Below, one piece after another: positions 10,118 through 18,184 of a DNA stretch of 64,000 nucleotides. Location of the stretch: positions 133,867 to 197,866 of the forward strand of contig JBAYIT010000002.1 of NCBI GenBank assembly GCA_041665485.1, read 5' to 3'. The notes under the pieces were generated by a model. It did not search any database, was not told the DNA's origin, and worked only from the letters and a program-made list of their open reading frames with translations. The translations under genes were made by a program, and so were the position numbers. The stretch is from Candidatus Shapirobacteria bacterium. Its GTDB lineage: Bacteria > Patescibacteriota > Microgenomatia > UBA12405. How positions within the stretch are numbered: the first letter of the stretch is position 1; each line of letters starts with the position of its first letter.

Positions 10118-10963
10118 CTAGAAAAGGTTTGTTGGCATTTTAATACGACTTATCTTTCCCACAAAAATCGACTTTCCCCTCTTCTTAGTAAGTACATAAC
10201 GTCTAAAGGATAGACCACTTTCCTTCGGAAAATATTTTTTTCCTGTTTCCACATCAAATTTAACGTAGTTAAATCCGCATCTTCCGAAAAGATCCTCATA
10301 ATATTTTACTGACCAACATTTTCTTTCCGTCCCTTGGATCAATTCTATACTCCCATCCTCCCTTGTTTTAAATGAAGTAAAAGAACCAGGTATCCCAACC
10401 GCCTTTAGTGGTACCAGTTCCTGGTCTTCACCATACTTAATCCCATCATATTTTTTATCGACAGCCACCGTAAAAAGAGAAAAAGACGATTCATTGTGTT
10501 TAAGAACACGGCCAATCTCCGTAAGTGTCCTTTCGTTGTCCTTATTTGTCTGATTAAAATTGACAGCACAATCGTTGATTACTACATCAATAGAATTACT
10601 CCCCAATGGGATCGCGTTCATATCCCCTTGTAAAATTTTTACGTTCGAATATCTACCATCTTCGCAATGGTCTTTGTGAGATTTTATAGAAACTGGCGAC
10701 ACATCTATTAAAACAATGGAATCTTTCGGATTCTTCCTCTTTTGTAACCATGTCTTTACCACATCGATATTTCTAGGAAAAGTCGATCCTTCAATTAAAA
10801 CTCTCACAGGTAAAGGCTGTTTCAATATTTCTTGAATATTAGACACCAAACTAGACTTAAGAACAGCATCAAAAAGGTGTGCCAAGGTAATTAATTTTTC
10901 TTTCGGATCCTCAAATAATGACCGATATTGTGAATCCGAATTAAGTAAAATGTTTCCGTTCAT
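10118..10963 (-). CDS. Class I SAM-dependent methyltransferase-like protein
   Basis: VLIDVSP, QGDMNAIPL..NSIDVVI, EIGRVLK. Confidence 0.7.
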   Translation of the reverse strand: MNGNILLNSDSQYRSLFEDPKEKLITLAHLFDAVLKSSLVSNIQEILKQPLPVRVLIEGSTFPRNIDVVKTWLQKRKNPKDSIVLIDVSPVSIKSHKDHCEDGRYSNVKILQGDMNAIPLGSNSIDVVINDCAVNFNQTNKDNERTLTEIGRVLKHNESSFSLFTVAVDKKYDGIKYGEDQELVPLKAVGIPGSFTSFKTREDGSIELIQGTERKCWSVKYYEDLFGRCGFNYVKFDVETGKKYFPKESGLSFRRYVLTKKRGKSIFVGKISRIKMPTNLF

Positions 10964-10998
10964 ATACCAATCGTAATTTTATATACTTTTCACCCAAG

Positions 10999-11071
10999 AG
11001 CCGGTGGGGAGAGTCGGACTCCCGACCTTAGCTTTACGAAAGCTCTGCTCTACCAGCTGAGCTACACCGGC
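10999..11071 (-). tRNA. tRNA-Thr(CGT)
   Basis: Acceptor GCCGGTG/CACCGGC; anticodon loop TTCGTAA; T loop TCCGACT. Confidence 0.92.
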
Positions 11072-11077
11072 CAAACA

Positions 11078-11109
11078 CCATTCCGTAGCCCTAAAGGGGC
11101 GTAGGATGG
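11078..11109. repeat. GC-rich REP-like hairpin between tRNA-Thr and tRNA-Gly
   Basis: CCATTCCGTAGCCCTAAAGGGGCGTAGGATGG; CCGTAGC core shared with the hairpin at 59093-59118. Confidence 0.6.
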
Positions 11110-11110
11110 G

Positions 11111-11181
11111 AGCGGCTAGAGGGAATCGGACCCTCGACTAATCCTTGGGAAGGACTCGTTTTACCACTAAACCATAGCCGC
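11111..11181 (-). tRNA. tRNA-Gly(CCC)
   Basis: Acceptor GCGGCTA/TAGCCGC; anticodon loop TTCCCAA; T loop TCCGATT. Confidence 0.92.
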
Positions 11182-11188
11182 AACCAGT

Positions 11189-11716
11189 CTATTTTACCAT
11201 CCTCAACACCGTCCCCACCCTTATCATATTCGGGTTAGGAATTACCACTCGGTTCAAATTCCAAATCTCCGTCCACTTAAAGCCATCACCATACTGGGTT
11301 ACCGCTATTTTCCACAAACTATCACCATTTTTGACTTGATAATCTACCATCTCTTCAGCCGGTGCACTTATTTTTAACACCTGGCCTACCGCTAACAAAC
11401 TAGGGTTTTTTAGCCCATTAATTTGGGCAATTTCCGTCCACTTATAACCATCTCCCAGTTGAGCCACCGCAATTTTCCACAGACTATCACCCTTTTTAAC
11501 CATATATTCTCCGGCTGTTAACTTGACTTCTTTTTTCTCTTCTACCTTTTCCTCCAATGACCCTTCTCCCACCAAAGCCAACTCACTTGTCGTTCCCGGC
11601 ACCGACACACTTCCCCTTTGTTTTTGAAAATAATTAACCACTACCACGGCTACTGCTACCACCACTAACAATCCCAAAAACATACTTATGACATCTTCAT
11701 TATTTTTTATATTCAT
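11189..11716 (-). CDS. Membrane-anchored tandem LysM protein
   Basis: TM plus two Y.VK.GDSLWKIA...GDG.KWTEI...N repeats. Confidence 0.92.
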   Translation of the reverse strand: MNIKNNEDVISMFLGLLVVVAVAVVVVNYFQKQRGSVSVPGTTSELALVGEGSLEEKVEEKKEVKLTAGEYMVKKGDSLWKIAVAQLGDGYKWTEIAQINGLKNPSLLAVGQVLKISAPAEEMVDYQVKNGDSLWKIAVTQYGDGFKWTEIWNLNRVVIPNPNMIRVGTVLRMVK

Positions 11717-11759
11717 ACCACCACCTTACAGTATTGAGGGCCTATAGTCAAAGACAATA

Positions 11760-12077
11760 TTACATTTTTCTCCGTAGAATTATCTCATCACTCAAATACG
11801 GCGCCGTCTCTGATCCAAACCTATTTATCTCTTTTATAAAACTATTCCAAACTTCAGCATTTATCTTATATATTCTATTTTTCCTTTTTATTTCCACTAT
11901 CACTAAATCAGCCTTCTTCATTTTTGCCAAATGGGCTGACACGGTTGCCTGGCCAATTACCATCTTCTCAACTATTTCTCCCACCTCCCTTGGCCTCTCT
12001 TTTAATAAGGTCAAAATCAGCCGTCGGCTTCTATCAGCCAATATTTTAAATATTTTATCCATATCGTTAACTATCAA
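11760..12077 (-). CDS. ArsR/SmtB family transcriptional regulator
   Basis: FKILAD.SRRLIL, QATVSAHL..MKKADLV. Confidence 0.88.
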   Translation of the reverse strand: MIVNDMDKIFKILADRSRRLILTLLKERPREVGEIVEKMVIGQATVSAHLAKMKKADLVIVEIKRKNRIYKINAEVWNSFIKEINRFGSETAPYLSDEIILRRKM

Positions 12078-12097
12078 TATGTTATCATAAATCCAAT

Positions 12098-12709
12098 ATG
12101 AATAACTACGACAACAAACAAGAGAAAACTCTAGTCATTATCAAGCCCGACGGCGTCCAGCGAGGTTTAATCGGTGAAGTTATTAAACGCTACGAACAAT
12201 GTGGCCTCAAGCTTGTCGCCCTCAAGATGATTATCCCCAGTCGCGACTTAGCCCTCAAGCACTATTCTGTTGATCCAGATTGGGCCTTTAAAACCGGTAC
12301 CAAATCAATTGAAGCCTGGAAGGCTAAAGGTCTAACACCTCCCACAAACGATCCTGTTGAACTGGCTGAGGCCGTTAGAAAAACTCTTCTTGATTTTATG
12401 AGTAGCGGGCCGGTTGTCCCGATGGTCTGGCAAGGGATGAATGCTGTTGGTATTGTTCGCAAAATCACCGGCTCCACTGAACCCCTATCTTCAGTTCCTG
12501 GAACTATCCGCGGCGACTACACCATTGATTCCTACAGTGCTGCCGACGGCGACAAAAGATCAGTCCGCAATATTATTCACGCTTCCGGCACTGTCGATGA
12601 AGCCAACAACGAAATTCCTCTCTGGTTTAAGCCAGAAGAAATTCTCAATTATCGACTAATTGCCGAGGAAATTATCTACGACGCCAATCTCGACGGCATC
12701 CTCGAATAA
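12098..12709 (+). CDS. ndk: Nucleoside diphosphate kinase
   Basis: EKTLVIIKPDGVQRGL, FMSSGPVV, PGTIRGD, NIIHAS. Confidence 0.96.
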   Translation: MNNYDNKQEKTLVIIKPDGVQRGLIGEVIKRYEQCGLKLVALKMIIPSRDLALKHYSVDPDWAFKTGTKSIEAWKAKGLTPPTNDPVELAEAVRKTLLDFMSSGPVVPMVWQGMNAVGIVRKITGSTEPLSSVPGTIRGDYTIDSYSAADGDKRSVRNIIHASGTVDEANNEIPLWFKPEEILNYRLIAEEIIYDANLDGILE

Positions 12710-12719
12710 AATTAGAGTA

Positions 12720-12759
12720 TTGACACTTCGCGTTTTCTTCGGGTATCATCTTGATACCC
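12720..12759 (+). promoter_or_regulatory. Sigma70 promoter of the radical SAM gene with a direct-repeat box and an inverted repeat
   Basis: TTGACA(12720)-18 nt-TATCAT(12744); TTCGC-N6-TTCGG (12727-12742); GGGTATCA-tct-TGATACCC (12741-12759). Confidence 0.75.
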
Positions 12760-12760
12760 A

Positions 12761-13837
12761 ATGGACCTCTACCAAAAAATTTCCATTCTTGGCCCCGGCG
12801 CCCAATACGACACTTGTGGCCCCCGCGATTTTGGCCAAACCACCAATATTCCCGGTGTTTACCACGCTAAAGTTGGTTCGGCCACCTGCCGGCTCTTCAA
12901 AGTTCTTCAAAGTAACTTTTGCCAAAACAATTGCTTTTATTGCGCCTTCCGCCGTGACCGAAACTGCGCTAGGACAGAAGCTTCCGCAGACGAAATGGCC
13001 ACCGCTTTTTCCTCCGCCCACCAGCGCCGTCTCGTCGACGGTCTCTTTTTATCCTCCGGCATCATTGCCAATCCTGAAACCACCATGACCAAAATGCTTG
13101 ATACCCTCACCCTCCTTCGCCAAAAATATCGCTACCATGGTTATGTCCACCTCAAAATTATGCCGGGGAGCTCGGGTAATACTATTCGAGAAGCCGCTAA
13201 ACTTTCCAACCGCCTCTCCCTCAATATGGAATCTCCTACCGAAACCGGCCTGGCCAATCTTTCCCCGGAAAAAAATCTCAAAAATGGTTTTTTTCAAACC
13301 CTTTTTGAAATCAAGAAACAAATTCGCCAACTTCAATTTTATGGCCTCAAAACTCCCAGTATTACTACCCAATTTGTTGTTGGCGCCAATACCGATTCCG
13401 ACCTTGATCTGATTAAAACTACCAATCTTCTCTACTCTTCTTTTGGCCTTAAACGCGTCTTTTTCTCGGCTTTCCGCCCCATCCCCAACACCCCATTAGA
13501 AAATCTTCCCGCCTCTTCGCTCACCCGCCAGCACCGCCTTTATCAATCCGATTTCCTCATGCGTTTTTATCGCTTTTCTCCCCAAGATCTACAACTCGAC
13601 CAAAACGGTAACCTTTTCGAATCTGCCGATCCCAAAACCCTCTGGGCCAACCTCCACCCCGCCACCTTCCCCATAAATTTAAATTTTGCCGACTATTACC
13701 AACTTCTGAAAATCCCCGGCCTTGGCCCTGTCACCGCCACCAAAATCATCAAAAATCGCCGTTTCTCTCCCATTACTTCCTCCAACCTCTCGTCTCTCCA
13801 CCTCCCTAAGAAATCCCTTCCTTTTTGTCGTCTTTAG
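12761..13837 (+). CDS. Putative DNA modification/repair radical SAM protein (TIGR03916-like) with C-terminal HhH
   Basis: CQNNCFYC (CxxxCxxC), GLFLSSG, GYVHLK, RQHRLYQSDFLMRFY, LLKIPGLG. Confidence 0.9.
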   Translation: MDLYQKISILGPGAQYDTCGPRDFGQTTNIPGVYHAKVGSATCRLFKVLQSNFCQNNCFYCAFRRDRNCARTEASADEMATAFSSAHQRRLVDGLFLSSGIIANPETTMTKMLDTLTLLRQKYRYHGYVHLKIMPGSSGNTIREAAKLSNRLSLNMESPTETGLANLSPEKNLKNGFFQTLFEIKKQIRQLQFYGLKTPSITTQFVVGANTDSDLDLIKTTNLLYSSFGLKRVFFSAFRPIPNTPLENLPASSLTRQHRLYQSDFLMRFYRFSPQDLQLDQNGNLFESADPKTLWANLHPATFPINLNFADYYQLLKIPGLGPVTATKIIKNRRFSPITSSNLSSLHLPKKSLPFCRL

Positions 13838-13937
13838 TCTTGGCCACAAACGGTTTCCCGTTCTTTAAGAACAAATAAATTACAAATCCTGCCAAAAATA
13901 TCGCTCCAAATATTAATATCATAATTTATTATAACTC

Positions 13938-14519
13938 TTAATTTTCCGTCACGATTTTAATTCTTCCCGAGTTATACACCGTCGTATCGCTCGTCAAACT
14001 TTTTGCCTGAACTCGACACAAATGATTCCCCATTCTTAGGGTCATTTTTCCCGATGTTACCACCGCAAAATTTTGGCTCTTTGTCGTCACCTCACTGCCC
14101 CACACCTCCACCCCTGCCGTTACGTCAAACAATCTCACAAACGCCTCTCCGTTACCATTAAACAATTTCATGTTTACTTCTAAATATGCCTCTTTTAAGC
14201 CCGGGTAGTCTACCGGATCTAAATTAAATTCGGTTCCCGTCAAATCCGTCCACTTAGTTTCGCCAGTACTCCCACTTCCCGGAATCGGCACAATTGTCGT
14301 ACTCTTATTTTTCTTGGACACGACCACCACTTTCGTCGGTTCAATCGTAGGGGAGGGGACTAAAGCCGTTGGTTGAGGCGTTGGATAAACATACTTAGTT
14401 TCCACCACCGTTTTCGTCTCCACCACATTAGGTTTTACCCAAAGTTTGGCAATTAACACATCCACAGTAATCACATTAATCACCACTAAACCCAAAATTA
14501 CCATCGTCCAATTTCTCAT
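13938..14519 (-). CDS. Hypothetical membrane-anchored/secreted protein
   Basis: N-terminal hydrophobic segment, P/T-rich linker, beta-rich C-terminal domain. Confidence 0.7.
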   Translation of the reverse strand: MRNWTMVILGLVVINVITVDVLIAKLWVKPNVVETKTVVETKYVYPTPQPTALVPSPTIEPTKVVVVSKKNKSTTIVPIPGSGSTGETKWTDLTGTEFNLDPVDYPGLKEAYLEVNMKLFNGNGEAFVRLFDVTAGVEVWGSEVTTKSQNFAVVTSGKMTLRMGNHLCRVQAKSLTSDTTVYNSGRIKIVTEN

Positions 14520-14568
14520 CTCTAATTCTATTATGTCACAAATCAACTAGTATTAAAGTTCAAATTAT

Positions 14569-14598
14569 TTGACATAAACTAGTACTCTAATGTATACT
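14569..14598 (+). promoter_or_regulatory. Sigma70 promoter, leaderless arrangement
   Basis: TTGACA-18 nt-TATACT, ATG 7 nt downstream. Confidence 0.7.
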
Positions 14599-14605
14599 CG
14601 ACCCC

Positions 14606-15475
14606 ATGGAAAACCAAATTGGCAAAATAATCAAAGAACTACGAACTAAGGCAAATATAACTCAAAAGGAGCTAGCGAAAAGCTTAGGTTGTACTGAAAT
14701 AATGATTAGCCGTTACGAACTCGGTGTCAGCCAAACCTCAATCCAACAACTAGAAAAAATCGCCAAATTCGTCGGTGTTCCTGTTTCAGCCTTTTTTAAT
14801 GGTAGTACTAAAAGTACTAATAACACTCGATCTTTTAAAAACGCCTTTGTTTTTGATCTTGACGACACCTTAGTTGACGGCCGTCAATTCTGTGGAGAAA
14901 CCATCGCCAGGGTAATCACCAATATTAATCCATCGATTAATTTCGACACCGTTGTTCAAATCCATGAATCAATTAGAGGAATGACTATTGAAGACTTATA
15001 TCTTTACGTAATAAAAAAACTAAATTTAAAAGCCAATGTTACCGAATTATTGAAACACGACCACTCTATTCAAAAAGAAAATATAGATAAAATGAAACTT
15101 TTTGACGGAGTAGTTGACATCCTAGAATTTCTTAAAAGTAATCATAAGAGGCTTTATGTTTGTACCAATAGGTCAAAAGATTTGATGACTGAAGTCTTCA
15201 ATGCCAATCAAATTCTGCCATATTTTGACGAAGTTATTTCTTGTGTCGATACAGGTTACAAAAAACCCAACCCCTATTGTCTAATTGATCTGATTAAAAG
15301 ATCTGGTATTCCTGCCAACGAATTTATATATTTTGGTGATTCGGAAGTTGATTCTCAGTTTGCCCAAAACGCCAATATTGATCACATTATTTTTGATCAA
15401 TATCTCAACAACAAAAATCTTTTTAAAAAGTTGGTAAATATGTTTTTGGAAAGCCAAATCAACGGAGAGAAATAA
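14606..15475 (+). CDS. XRE-family HTH fused to HAD-family hydrolase
   Basis: TQKELAK.LG....ISRYE; HAD motifs FDLDDTLVD, CTNR, KPNP, YFGDSEVD. Confidence 0.88.
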   Translation: MENQIGKIIKELRTKANITQKELAKSLGCTEIMISRYELGVSQTSIQQLEKIAKFVGVPVSAFFNGSTKSTNNTRSFKNAFVFDLDDTLVDGRQFCGETIARVITNINPSINFDTVVQIHESIRGMTIEDLYLYVIKKLNLKANVTELLKHDHSIQKENIDKMKLFDGVVDILEFLKSNHKRLYVCTNRSKDLMTEVFNANQILPYFDEVISCVDTGYKKPNPYCLIDLIKRSGIPANEFIYFGDSEVDSQFAQNANIDHIIFDQYLNNKNLFKKLVNMFLESQINGEK

Positions 15476-15487
15476 AAACCTACCAAT

Positions 15488-15564
15488 TGGCGGGTCCAAT
15501 GGGATTCGAACCCACGATCTTCCGCGTGACAGGCGGATGTGCTAGACCGCTGCACCATGGACCC
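15488..15564 (-). tRNA. tRNA-Asp(GTC), CCA encoded
   Basis: Anticodon arm TCCGC-CTGTCAC-GCGGA; T loop TTCGAAT. Confidence 0.95.
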
Positions 15565-15601
15565 AAGCGTCTGCCCCAGTAATATAGCATATAATTATTC
15601 T

Positions 15602-16621
15602 GTGAGCCACGATCAATACTCTAATCAACAAGTCGCCACTTATCTTCAAAACATCGCCACTGTTTACACTATTTTGCAAAAAGGCCACTTTCGCATCGTG
15701 GCCTACGAAAATGCCACCGACACCATTCTAAATTATCCCGAGAACCTCTATACCCTCTGGCTTAAGGATCCAAAACAACTCGATGCCGTTCCCAATATCG
15801 GCCCCTCTATTCTCAAAAAAATCGACTATTTTTTCAAATACGGCAAACTTTACCCATCTCTAAAGCCACTTTTCAAAAAAATCCACCCCGCCGTTTTTGC
15901 TTTTACCCCCATCAATGGTGTCGGCCCACTCATTGCTCAAAAGTTGGCACAACACCTTCGTTTTAGTCACACGCCTAGCTTAGCCCTCGATCAACTCATT
16001 AAATACGCTCAAACCGGCAAAATAAGAAAAATTCCCGGCCTTAGTGAAAAATCAGAAAAACTAATTCTTGACAACACCCTCTCTTTTTTGGGCCGGCAAA
16101 ATCGCATGCCCTACAAAACTGCCCTAAAATTAGCCAACCAAATTATTGCTTATCTTCACCAAAAATTTCCCAAAATTGAATTTATGCCACTTGGCAGCCT
16201 CCGCCGTCAATCAGACACTGTTGGCGACATTGATCTAGCCACCGCCACCGATAACCCCAAACCCATCATTGATTATTTCCTTGCTTATCCCAAATCAGTC
16301 GAAACCATCACCTCCGGCAAAAATAAAGCCAGCCTCCGCCTTCTTCACGATGTCCATGTTGATTTAATGATCAAACCGCCATCCTCATTTGGATCCCTCC
16401 TCCAGCACTTTACCGGTAACAAACTTCATAATATTTTATTACGCAAACACGCCCTAAAACTAGGATTTAGCCTCTCCGAATACGGTATAAAAAACTTAAA
16501 AACAGGCAAAATTAAACGGTTTTCTACCGAAGTTAATTTTTACAATTTTCTCGGCCTCAAATTTATACCTCCCCAATATCGCCTCGGTAAATCGGAAATT
16601 GAAGACTATAAACTGCTATAA
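15602..16621 (+). CDS. polX: DNA polymerase X family protein (no PHP domain)
   Basis: HhH motifs, GSLRR...VGDID, VDL, LQHFTG, LSEYG; GTG start at 15602 after TATAAT. Confidence 0.9.
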   Translation: MSHDQYSNQQVATYLQNIATVYTILQKGHFRIVAYENATDTILNYPENLYTLWLKDPKQLDAVPNIGPSILKKIDYFFKYGKLYPSLKPLFKKIHPAVFAFTPINGVGPLIAQKLAQHLRFSHTPSLALDQLIKYAQTGKIRKIPGLSEKSEKLILDNTLSFLGRQNRMPYKTALKLANQIIAYLHQKFPKIEFMPLGSLRRQSDTVGDIDLATATDNPKPIIDYFLAYPKSVETITSGKNKASLRLLHDVHVDLMIKPPSSFGSLLQHFTGNKLHNILLRKHALKLGFSLSEYGIKNLKTGKIKRFSTEVNFYNFLGLKFIPPQYRLGKSEIEDYKLL

Positions 16622-16628
16622 TTAACCC

Positions 16629-17207
16629 ATGATGATCATACCAGCCATAATCCTAGTTGTTGTTATTTATCTTGTCGGTTTTTACAACAGCCTCAAAACT
16701 TCTCAAGTCCGAATTGAGGCCGCAATCCAAGAAATCGGCAACCAGCTTAAACGCCAAGCTGGCCTCATCCCCAACCTTCTCGAATCAGTTAAAGGTTATC
16801 TTAAGCACGAAAAAAGTATTTTTGAAGAACTAACCAGCGCTCGCAAACTAATTGACCAAGCCGTCAAAACCAACGACCCCAAAAGCCTCGATAAAGCTCA
16901 AGACTCCGTTTCCCAAATCCTTAAGTCTCTCAATGTCATTGTTGAATCCAACCCCGAAATCAAAGCCTCCGGCTTAGTTGAAAATCTCATGAATGAACTC
17001 CGCGATACCGCCGATAAACTCATGTACTCCCGCCGGACCCTTATTGATCTCTCTGCCGATTTCAACATCAAAATCTCCACTGTTCCCGGAATTTGGTTGG
17101 CTCCATCTTTTGGCTTCAAAGCCCAAGGTGGCCTTAAAACTCCCAACACTGCCGAGATTACCACTGTCACCGAAGCTGAAACCAAAAGTCCCGAGGTTAA
17201 ATTTTAA
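16629..17207 (+). CDS. lemA: LemA family protein
   Basis: N-terminal TM, YNSL, QLKRQAGLIPNL..VKGY.KHE, ESNPEIKAS. Confidence 0.93.
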   Translation: MMIIPAIILVVVIYLVGFYNSLKTSQVRIEAAIQEIGNQLKRQAGLIPNLLESVKGYLKHEKSIFEELTSARKLIDQAVKTNDPKSLDKAQDSVSQILKSLNVIVESNPEIKASGLVENLMNELRDTADKLMYSRRTLIDLSADFNIKISTVPGIWLAPSFGFKAQGGLKTPNTAEITTVTEAETKSPEVKF

Positions 17208-17216
17208 TTATTCTCT

Positions 17217-18101
17217 ATGGTTAATGTCTACGAACAAATTGCCAGTAACAAACGTCGCTCAATAATAATTCTCACTGGCTTTGTCGGCTTTATTGCCATC
17301 TGTGGCTACATTATAGGTAACTACACTTCCTCGCCAGATATTCTCCCCCTGGCCCTGATCCTGTCCCTTTTTACTTCACTTGGTGGTTATTTTGCTGGCG
17401 ACAAAATAGTTCTAAGCCTAAACGGCGCTAAACCGGCCTTACGCCAAGACCACTTTGACTTCTACACCGTTACCGAAAATCTAAGTATCGCCACTCAAAT
17501 TCCAACTCCAAAAATCTACGTCATTAAATCTAATGCTCCCAATGCTTTCGCCACTGGCCGTGATCCTGTTCACGCTTACATCTGTGCCACTACCGGCCTT
17601 CTTGACAAACTAAATCGAACCGAACTTGAAGGTGTTATTGCCCATGAACTCTCCCATATCAAAAACTACGATATTCGTCTCATGACTCTAGTTTCTGTTC
17701 TTATTGGTTCTCTATCGATACTTATCAATATGAGCTACAACCGCTCTTTTTTTGGAAAGAGTGATAATAACGATAACCATCAATCTAACTCTGTTCTCGC
17801 TATCATCGGATTCCTCCTAATTATTTTTGCTCCTATTATTGCTCAATTAATTCAACTAGCCATCTCCCGCCAGCGCGAATTCTTAGCCGATGCCGGAGCC
17901 GTCATGGTTACCCGCCAACCGAGTGGTCTCATTGAGGCACTAAAAAAAATCAGCGCCGATTCGTCTCGTCTTACCCAAGCTTCAACCGCCACCGCTACAC
18001 TCTATATCAACAATCCTTTTAAAGGCAACAAGCTTGGTTCGCTTTTTTCTACTCATCCTCCCATCGCCGAACGTATCGCCGCCCTAGAAAAGATGATGTA
18101 A
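17217..18101 (+). CDS. htpX: Zinc metalloprotease HtpX (M48)
   Basis: PNAFATGR, GVIAHELSH, SRQREFLAD, STHPPIAERI. Confidence 0.95.
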   Translation: MVNVYEQIASNKRRSIIILTGFVGFIAICGYIIGNYTSSPDILPLALILSLFTSLGGYFAGDKIVLSLNGAKPALRQDHFDFYTVTENLSIATQIPTPKIYVIKSNAPNAFATGRDPVHAYICATTGLLDKLNRTELEGVIAHELSHIKNYDIRLMTLVSVLIGSLSILINMSYNRSFFGKSDNNDNHQSNSVLAIIGFLLIIFAPIIAQLIQLAISRQREFLADAGAVMVTRQPSGLIEALKKISADSSRLTQASTATATLYINNPFKGNKLGSLFSTHPPIAERIAALEKMM

Positions 18102-18153
18102 TTACCGCATTTTGTTAGTACTTTTCTGATTTGATTTAGTTTGCCGATATTGA

Positions 18154-18181
18154 TAACTCGTAACTAATAACTGATAATTGT
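18154..18181 (+). repeat. 7-nt-period tandem repeat upstream of dnaE
   Basis: TAACTCG TAACTAA TAACTGA TAATTGT. Confidence 0.65.
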
Positions 18182-18184
18182 CCA

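Noticed and set aside
15539-15601. N-terminal extension of PolX given by the ORF track
   Set aside because: It overlaps tRNA-Asp; the GTG at 15602 after TATAAT is the better start.
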